From the human T2T-CHM13v2.0 reference genome, Homo sapiens, in assembly GCF_009914755.1 (NCBI RefSeq), contig NC_060947.1: 64,000 nt of DNA, one strand, 5' to 3'. This document shows positions 54,723 through 64,000 of the stretch, one piece after another (position 1 is the first letter of the stretch; the number at the start of each line of letters is the position of its first letter). The position numbers were made by a program, and so were the translations under genes. Under the pieces are notes generated by a model. It ran no database searches and was not told where the DNA came from. It saw only the letters and a program-made list of their open reading frames with translations.

Positions 54723-55964
54723 ATGTAACTATCTAATCATGGCTATGATGCTTATATTTTCCAGAGAGCTATTGGGCCTAGGTCAGTTCTTCCTTTGGGT
54801 TCTACAAAACGGGTGTTACCTCAGCTGAAAATATTTCTAAAATTTAATTCCAACCAAAATTCTAGTAAGGTGCATAAGTGCAGTTTGAGGCCTCCTAAAG
54901 ATAAGCAATTTGCAACAGGATTAATACCCAGAACTAAAGATCTTTTTCCACCACCTCACTATTTAAAGGAGCTAGAAGATCACAGTTATTCATTTAATGA
55001 TATTCACATGTGCTCAACTAGTATTCAATGAGAAAACCTGAATCCAAGGAGAATTTAAATGGGATTGGTTTTGTGTGTCTAAAACAAAGTGTATTAAGAG
55101 AAAACAAAGCAGATTTTAATAATTACAAATATAATACAGATACTCAAGGAAAATTATTAGAGGCAGTGGAGTTAGATAAGGGTTAGCAAAATATTACATT
55201 TAATGGTAATATAAATTTTTGACTTTTCTATTACCAGCACAGTATTACCCTTGTTAACCCTTTCTAAATGCCAAACTTCACAAAAACACTTCCCTCTATT
55301 GTGGCTTCTTGCAGAAGACAATTATTATGACTTGGGAAACCTTAGAAGTAGTGGGATATTCCAAAGAGTTTGAATATGTTCAAGTGGTGAGTCAATGACA
55401 ACATTCTTTCAGCCAGAAATAACTATTGGGTGAATATCCAAAACATTACCAAGCATTCTCCTTTGTAAAAAAAAAGTCAAAAGTCATATCTACCTTGCCT
55501 ACCTCAAGTGCACAGAACAGATACGAAGAAACAAAGTAATAATGAATTAAATGTGCTTTGAAAGGTTAAAAGTGCTATATGAGTAAAGGGGTGATAATAA
55601 TAATGGTGACGATTACTATTACTATTTTTACTATTATTACAGTACACAAAACTGAGGGGGAACCTACTTCACTGGATTCCTGTAACTTCAGGCAAAGCCA
55701 CAGGAACATATCACTCTGCAAATTCCTCATCTTGAAAATGGAGACAATGTATATATAAACAATTCTGCAATAGACTATGACTTATATTTCCTGGACAACA
55801 GTGTTGTTCTGATTGAAAAATAAAAAAGCGTTTATAGGCACTGCGAGTGGATAATACTCAGACAAAAGAGGGATCCTCCATTACTATTTCCCACAGTGTA
55901 TGCTGACCTCATATCCTGCTCCCAACATCATCCCTTATCCCCAATATCCAATAGGATGTCATAC

Positions 55965-56091
55965 CTGCTAACAAGGTAACACTTATAGGACTGGTCCTGG
56001 CTATTTTGTAAAGGGATTTCACAAGTCACCATTATCTCCAGAATTATTGCCAATCCTACTACCTCCAAAGAAGTTGACCCTCCTTTGACAT
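55965..56091 (-). pseudogene. Candidate pseudo-exon 1 (signal-peptide-like)
   Basis: gggATG; MSKEGQLLW/(frameshift)VVGLAIILEIMVTCEIP..; strong donor cag|gtatga, phase 2. Confidence 0.45.
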
Positions 56092-56479
56092 CCCTGTTTC
56101 AACGTTTCCCAAAGTTTATTTTCCTCAACATGTACAGTTGAGGTAGAAGTAATGCCATAAAATTTCAAAACTTTAAAGCATTGTTTAAAAATTGAGTTTA
56201 ATTCCATCTTTTCTAAATGAGGAAATTGAAGTGAAAACAGGTTAGGGTCATAGAACTCAGTCCCATGCTCACACTCATTGTTTCACAATCATCCCTCAGC
56301 CTGGCCTAGGATTGTCATTACCCGTATATGTAAAAAACCTGCAAAATCTGACTCGCTTATAAGGCCAAAAAAGAATCATGGATCAGACTCATGCCCACTA
56401 GTAAATGCTGAGTTTAGCTCCAGTATGGCTGGTTTATTTCATGTTGGACAGTTAAGATTGTACATATAAACTTCAGATC

Positions 56480-56850
56480 ATTTTTAACTTCTTATTCGAA
56501 AATAATTTTGGACTTACAGAAAAGGTGCAAAAACAGTCCAGAAAGTTCACATATACTCTTTACCTAGCTTCCTTTAATGTTAACAGCTTGTATAACCTTC
56601 ATAAAATTATCAAAACCAGAAAATTACATTGGCTTAATACTATTAACTAAACTACAGACCTTATTGGAATTTCATCAGGTTTCTTGCACGAATGTCCCTG
56701 ATCTGTTCTAATCCAGGTCCCCTTTTGTAATAGTTGTTGTATCTCTTTGGTCTCTTCCAGTCTGTGATGGTACTTTAGTCTTTGTCTTTCATTGCCTGGA
56801 CACTATTGATGATATTAGTCAGTTATCTTGTTGAATGTTTCTCAATTATT
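56480..56850 (-). mobile_element. L1MC 3'-end fragment
   Basis: aaataattttggacttacagaaaag..aactaaactacagacctta. Confidence 0.65.
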
Positions 56851-59167
56851 TTAGATCATTATAGAGAAGTCCAAATCTCATGGTTCAATAAAGTGGAGCT
56901 CTCACTTTGCATTTTCATCAGTTTCACCTCTACTGAAGTAGTGCCTGGGTTTGTTTTTCACTTATGACCATTCCCTAGATGAATGAAATGAAATTTATCA
57001 TCACTCATTTGCCAAAATTAGACTTGCTATTCTTCAGGTGCCTGTGGAGAATCACTTTGTGATGCATCATGAGTAATGAGAAATTTGTCAGGACATATGA
57101 TATGAAGTTTATTAATATGTTAATCATGAGTCTGTGTTGTTATCTTGCCTAGTTTAATTATGATAGAGTACAGTGGTAAAGCTGAACAACTGGGCAACAG
57201 TGGTGCAGTTAAAAGCCATGAAAAGATGATTTGTATGTTACATGAAAAGCTCTGGAAATGCAAACCACAGGAGGTCCAAGCAATGTTAAGCCAGCCATAT
57301 CCCAGAGCACCAAAACCTTCCAAGTTCTGGGGGATGTTGGGCATGATGGACAGCAATAAACATTCCACACCACACCCCATCCTTTGATACATCATGTTTC
57401 CATCATAAAATAGAGGATATGTGTCTATGGAAGGTAGCTGAGAAGAAGTCTGCCTGGGTAAGTGATCTTAAGCAAATCTCTTAATATTTATGAACTTGAG
57501 TTCCCTTATCTGTGACATGGGGATAACAGAGCTAGCTACGTTTGCCTCACAGGTCTGCTGGCAATGAGGATGCGGGAGGGGAGACAAATGAGAGGATATA
57601 AAGGAAAAGACACTAGATAACACAAAGAGCTAGTGTGGCAGAGTCATGTAAGGGATAATTAGATAGCATTATCTGTGGCACCAAAATGCTGCTCTTCTCA
57701 CAAAACCTTTTACTAATACAACCCCATGGTTGATATTTTGACAATCTTGTTGACAATAAACTCTTGCCTTATCGTCAGGCTTCTCATGCTTACTCCCCTG
57801 TTTCCCCAGCTCTGTGCATGAGCTCCATGGCAGCACCTTTTTTCAGGTGTGTCTTCCCTTTGACACTGAAAACTTCTTGGGAGGAATGGGCAAGGCTACC
57901 ATTGGGACATACATGGATCAATAAATGTTGGTCAAATGAGTTAATAAATGAAGAATCTGTTGTCTTATTTGATCCTCCCAATAACCCTGAAAAGCACGCA
58001 GGACAGGTATTATTTCCACTTTAATGAAGAAAATGAGACTTACAGTTTAAAAGACCTGCCTGAGGTCACATGACTTAAGTGATTTCCGCAGTGCTAAACC
58101 AGGGAAAATAAAGAGAATGACCTGCATTAAATGCCAAATTTGTTCCATGACTTATGCTAACTAAGCCAGTAATAGCACACTTAAATGCCTTTAAGGATAA
58201 TCTTAATGTGGGCTATCAGAGAGTGTTAGACAATAGGAGCGGTAGGGGCAGTGGCAAAGTGAAGTGTGTGCATGGTACAGCACAAACAAAGTATGCCTGC
58301 AGGTCACATTCAGCCTGAGGAACTGGCAGGTCATGACGCTTATGGGCATCTTCACACCCAGGATCTCATTTTACCCTTATCACAATCTGTAATGTCTGCA
58401 TTATCATTTCTCTTTTACAGATGAGGTCACTGGGGTTTAGAAATGCTAAGTGCCTGGGCACTGCTGTGTGGGAGGATGGGCCCGGGCATTGCTGTGTGGA
58501 TGGGAGGGTAGATGCGAGGGCAGATAGGCCTAGGGAACCATGTCCTGCAGATGCGGAATATCTGACTTTTATAACTGCTGACAAGTAGAGGAAAAGTCAA
58601 AGAGAGAGACTCAGGAAGGCTGCAGCTATGGATAAATGTTACTGTGTTTTGCCAAGTTTCCAGTATAAATCCTCTAACTTTTAGCATATTTGAGCAGAAA
58701 AATATCTTTAAGACCCTCCAGTTCAGTGTTCTTCAAACTACCAGTCATCACTCTCAGAGTTGTAAAATCAGTTTCACTGGGTAACAGCAAGCAATTAAAA
58801 TAACAAAAAAGAATAGCGCAAAAAAATATCAGGGTCCCTCACCCATGAGTAGTGCTGAATGTTATTTAGTGAAAATTGTAGTCACAATTTTTTTAAAAAG
58901 ATGGAAATGGAAAGTCATTTCTCCATTTTACTCTCTTCACAGATGAAGTAACTGAGTGGGAAAGTGACCTGTCCAAGTGGAGGGAAAAGACAACGTCAGA
59001 ATGTGATTGGTTAAAGGAGAATTCAACTAGGCCCCTTACCCTAGGTGTATCTGAGAGTAGAGAAATGAAGACAAAACATTCTGGAAGAGCCATTTCATAG
59101 AAGGCAGAATACAGCAGAGGTTGCTGGGGGATGGAGAGAGATTTATTATGATACATGATCATGAGCC

Positions 59168-59376
59168 TCAAGGTTCTAAATAGATAACGGACCAACTGCT
59201 TTTATTGTGTGGGTTTTCTTTCTTTCCTATTTCAAAGCTGGCACTCTTCAGATCTTTCAAATTTTTAAGCGATATTACAGGACCAACTTCTTTGTGCCAT
59301 CTTGCTCTCCTTCTGCTTTTATTTTTCTTCATATTTTTAAACATGAGCTCTCTGTGCCTGGCCTCCAGGATAGAGT
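59168..59376 (-). other. Candidate terminal coding exon of an unknown gene lying to the right
   Basis: ccctacag acceptor, about 69 open codons to TGA, AATAAA at 59147-59142. Confidence 0.3.
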
Positions 59377-60553
59377 CTGTAGGGCTAAACACTCCTTAAA
59401 CCAGATAGTTAAGTGATTTATGGATGCCAAATCAAAGATCTATTCTTGTGGAGAAATGGGGTGGTAAGGAAAGAATGGAAATGAGATTAAAGATAACGCA
59501 AGGCTCAAGGTTGAGATTGGACAAAGAAATGAACAAAAACAAAACCCAGGGAAATCTTAGGATCTAGGTCACCACCAAAATTAATTCCAGTGATAGCAAA
59601 GAAGCAAAATGGCAGAATAGAAGGCTCCACCGATTATTCCCCAGCAAGCACACCAATTTAGCTACTATCTATATAGGAAAAAACACCTTCATAAGAACCA
59701 AAAATGAGGAGAGCACTCACAGTAACTACATATTACTGAAAGAAGCACCGAAGAGAAAGAAAAAAGTCCTGAATCTCCAACACCATCCCTGCCCTACTCC
59801 CAGCAGCAGCAGCATAGTGCTGAGAGCATCTCTGGGCACTGGGGGAAGGAGAACACAGCAATTGTGAGGTATTGAACTCAGTGCTGTCCTGTTAGAGCAG
59901 AAAGAAAAACTGAACAAAACTCAACTGATGCTCACTCATGGAGGGAGCATTTAAACCAGCTCTAGCCAGAGGAAAATCACTCATCCCAGCAGTCTGAACT
60001 TGAGTTCCTGAAAACCTTGCCACCTAGGGCCAAAGAACTCGCAGTGTCTAAGTAAATTTGAAAAGCTGTCTAGGCCATAAGGACTGCAACTCTTAGGTGA
60101 GCCCTAGTGCTGAACTGGGCCCAGATACAGTGAACTGTGAGAAGCAAGCAACATACTGAGACACCAGCTGGGGCAGCTAAGAGAGTGCTGGCATCACGCC
60201 TCCCCTAACCCTAGGCTGCACAGATCTCATCTCTTAAAAAGACACCTTCATTCTGCTTGAGGAGAGGAGAGGGAAGAGTGGATACCACTCTTCATTCTGC
60301 TTGAGGAGAGGGAGGAGTGGAGAGGGAAGTCTTGAATACCAGCTCAGCCACAGCACGATAGGGCACCAGTCAGAGTTGCGAGGCACCCGTTTCAGGTCCT
60401 AGCTCCCAGACAACATTTCTAGACAAACCCTGGGCCAGAAGGGAGCCTGCTGTCTTGAGGGAAAGGGCCCAGTCCTGGTAGCATTCATCACCTGCCGAAG
60501 AGCCCATGAGCCGTGAATAACCAGCAGCAATACACATGTACTATGTTGAGAGC

Positions 60554-60905
60554 TGATATGGTTTGACTCTGTGTCTCCACCCAAAACTCATCTTGCATTG
60601 TAATCCCCATAATCCCTGGTGGGAGGCGATTGTATCATGGGGGCAGTTTCCCCCATGCTGTTCTCATGACAGTGAATGAGTTCTCATTATTTTATAAGCA
60701 TCTAGCATTTCCCCTGCTTGTACTTCTCTTGCCTGCCACCATGTGAGAAGGTCCAAGCTTGCTTCCTCTTCGCCTTCCACCATGATTGTAAGTTTCTTTA
60801 GGCCTCCTCAGTCATGTGGAACTGTGAGGCAATGAAACCTCTTTTCTTTATAAATTACCCAGTCTCTGGTATTTCTTTATAGCAGTATGAGAATGGACTA
60901 ATACA
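60554..60905 (+). mobile_element. THE1-family solo LTR
   Basis: TGATATGG...CTAATACA; TSD agagc/agggc. Confidence 0.88.
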
Positions 60906-62852
60906 AGGGCCTTGGTGAGCCTCTGAGATTTGCTGGCTTCAGGTGAAACTCAGCACATTCCCAGCTATGGTGACTATGGGGTAAAATTTCTGCTTGAGAA
61001 AAGTGAAGGGAAAAGTACAGGATATTTTGTTTTATACCGCAAGTACTGGTATAGCAATAGTGGGGGTAGAACACAAAGTGGGCTTTTGGGGTCACTGAGG
61101 ACTTGAGTCTTGGATGGCATCTCTGGACCTGCCCCGGGCCAGATGGGAGCCCACTGCCCTGACAGGTGAGTCCCAGAACAGGCAACATTCACCACAAGCT
61201 GACTGAAGACTCTTGGGCCTTAAGGGAACATCGGCAGTAGTCTGGCAGAACTCCTCAGGAGATGTGGTAATGGTGGCTATGGGGTGAGACTCCTCTGCCT
61301 TTGCAAAAGGGAAGGAAGACTGGAAGGACTGTGTCTTGTGGTTTTAGTGCCCGCTCAACTGTAGTACAAAAGAATACCAGGTAGATGTCTAAGGTTTTTG
61401 ACTCCAGTCCCTGACTACCAGACAGCATCTCTGGACCCACCCAGGGCCTCGGGGAACTCACCACCCTGAAGGGAAGGGCACAGGCCTGACTGGCTTTGCC
61501 ACCAGCTGATTGTAGAGCCCTAGGGCCTAGAGTGAACCTAGGCAGTAGCCAGGGAGAGGTTACAGCAGGCCTTGGGTGAAACCTAGTGCTGAGTTGGTTT
61601 CAGGTCTGATCCAGTACAGTCACAGTGGTGGTGGCCACAAAGGTGCTTGTGTCACTCCACCCTCACCTTTAGGTGGCTCAGAACAGACAGAGAGACTCCA
61701 TTTCTTTGGGAGAAAGTAAGGGATAGGAACAAAAGTCTCTGCATGGTAATCCAGAGAAATCTTTCAGATCTTGTCCAAGACCATCAAGGTGGTACCTCTA
61801 CAAGTCTGCAGGAAACAAGTGTTACCAGGCTTGGGGTGCCGCCCAAACCAGAAGAAGCTTAGACCACAACACCGAAGTCCTTTCAAATACCTGGAAAGCC
61901 TTCCCAAGAAGAAAGACTGCAAATAAGCCCAGACAGTGAAGACTATAATAAATACCTAACTCTTCAATGCCCAGACATCAAATAATGTCTACTAGCATTA
62001 AAACCATCCAGGAAAATATGATCTCACCAAATGAACTAAATAACGCACCAAGTACCAATCCTGGAGAAACAAGGATATGTGACCGTTCAGACAGAGAATG
62101 CAAAATAGCTGTAGTGAGGAAACTCAAAGAAATTCAACACAACACAGACAAAGTATTCGGAATTCTATTATATAAACTTAACAAAGAGATTGAAGTAATT
62201 AAAAAGAATCAAGTAGAAATTCTGGAGCTGAAAAATGCAATTGGCATAGTGAAAAATGCATCAGAGTCCTCTAGTTGCAAAACTGAATAAACAGACAAAA
62301 GAATTAGTAAACTTGAGGACAGGCTATTTGAAAATACACAGTCAGAGGAGACAAAAGAAAAAATAATTTAAAAATGAAGCACACCTACAGAAGCTATAAA
62401 ACAGCCTCAAAAGGACAAATCTAAGAGTTACTGCCTCTAAAGAAGAGACATAAATAATGGTAGAAAGTTTATTCAAAGGGATGATAACAAACAACATCCC
62501 AAACCTAGAGAAAGATATCAATATTCAAGTACAAGAAGGTTATAGAACACCAAGCAGATTTAACCAAAAGAAGACTATCTCAAGGCATTTAATAATCATA
62601 CTCCCAAAGGTCAAGGATAAAGAAAGGATACTAAAAGCAACAAGAGAAAAGAAACAAAGGGAACATACAATGGAACTCCAATATGTCTGGCAGAAGACTT
62701 TTCAGTGGAAACCTTACAGGCCAGGAGAGTGGCATGGTATATTTAAAGTGCTGAAGGAAAAAAAAAAATCATTTACCCTACAATAGTATAGCTGGTGAAC
62801 ATGAAGGAGAAATAAAGACTTTCCCAGACAAACAAAAGCTGAGGAATTTCAT

Positions 62853-63214
62853 TGTTTTAGTCCATTCTCATGCTACTAATAAAGACATACCTGAGACTGG
62901 GTAACTTATAAAGGAAAGAGGTTTAATTGGCTCACAGTTCAGCATGGCTGGGGAGGCTTCAGGAAACTTACGATCATGGTGGAAGGGGAAGTAAACACGT
63001 CCTTCTTCACATGGTGACAGGAAGGAGAAGAAAGAGAGCCAAGTGAAGGGGGAAGCCCCTTAATCAGATCTCGTGAGAACTTACTATCACGAGAATAGCA
63101 TGGGGGAAACTGCCCCAATGATCCAATTACCTCCTATCCTTCCACCACACATGGGGATTATGGGAACTACAATTCAAGGTGACGTTTGGGTTGGGACACA
63201 AGAAAACCATAACA
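62853..63214 (-). mobile_element. THE1-family solo LTR
   Basis: Perfect 5-bp TSD ttcat; interrupts L1 ORF1. Confidence 0.9.
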
Positions 63215-63545
63215 TTCATCAACACCAGATCTGTCCTACAAGAGATGTTAATGGGGGCATTTCAGTCCAAATGAAACGGATGTTAATAAGCAATAAGAAA
63301 TCATCTGAGGGTACAAAATTCACTAACAAAATAAGTTTACAGAAAAGCAGATTATTATAACAGTGTAACTGTGGTGTGTAAACTACTCTTATCTTAAGTA
63401 GAAAGACTAATAAACAAGTCAAAAATAATAACTACAAGTTGTCAAGACATAGATAGTCCAATAAGATATAAATAGAAATAACTGAAAGTTTAAAAGCGGG
63501 GGAACAAAGTTAAGGCATAGAATTTTTATTGGTTTTCTTTTTGCT

Positions 63546-64000
63546 TATTTATTTTTTTTTCTTTTTTTTTTATTATACTTTAAGTTTTAGGGTACATGTG
63601 CACATTGTGCAGGTTAGTTACATATGTATACATGTGCCATGCTGGTGCGCTGCACCCACTAACTCGTCATCCAGCATTAGGTATATCTCCCAATGCTATC
63701 CCTCCCCCCTCCCCCCACCCCACCACAGTCCCCAGAGTGTGATATTCCCCTTCCTGTGTCCATGTGATCTCATTGTTCAATTCCCACCTATGAGTGAGAA
63801 TATGCGGTGTTTGGTTTTTTGTTCTTGCGATAGTTTACTGAGAATGATGATTTCCAATTTCATCCATGTCCCTACAAAGGACATGAACTCATCATTTTTT
63901 ATGGCTGCATAGTATTCCATGGTGTATATGTGCCACATTTTCTTAATCCAGTCTATCATTGTTGGACATTTGGGTTGGTTCCAAGTCTTTGCTATTGTGA
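63546..64000 (-). mobile_element. L1PA2 3' end (runs off the window)
   Basis: polyT, cactaactcgtc (GAG), cttaaagtata (A allele), gatattcccc. Confidence 0.9.

Larger units (their letters stand above)
59600..63545 (+). mobile_element. Old L1 (L1M1/L1MA-type) 5'UTR plus ORF1 remnant
   Basis: gaagcaaaatggcagaatag start; ORF1 homology (NIQVQEGYRTPSRFN, KERILKA). Confidence 0.82.

Noticed and set aside
60246-60311. 22-bp direct repeat cttcattctgcttgaggagagg
   Set aside because: Small local duplication inside an L1 5'UTR with no sign of function

Overview
Primate genomic DNA, probably human: it carries an AluYa5 with all five diagnostics and a very young L1. Bases 1-23.4 kb are almost pure nested LINE-1: L1PB, L1MA and L1PA fragments, a twin-primed L1PA, a full-length L1PA3 with 15-bp TSDs, and Alus. 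Bases 23.4-59.6 kb are MIR/L2-rich unique sequence, and 59.6-64 kb is an old L1 5' end with THE1 LTRs and an L1PA2 3' end. I can support no intact protein-coding gene; nearly all track ORFs are repeat-derived. The main finding is a chain of about 9 minus-strand segments (56.1 to 30.0 kb) with canonical AG/GT ends and mostly matching phases. They splice into a decayed Cys-rich protein with a signal-peptide-like start, a somatomedin-B-like CxCDxxC..CC motif and a hydrophobic tail, which suggests an unrecognised unitary pseudogene. Other findings are a locally templated inverted duplication, an extended L1 ORF0, a micro 3' transduction, an RFX/CRE promoter-like cluster and a candidate terminal exon. 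Subfamily names come from recalled consensus features, not from a RepeatMasker run.
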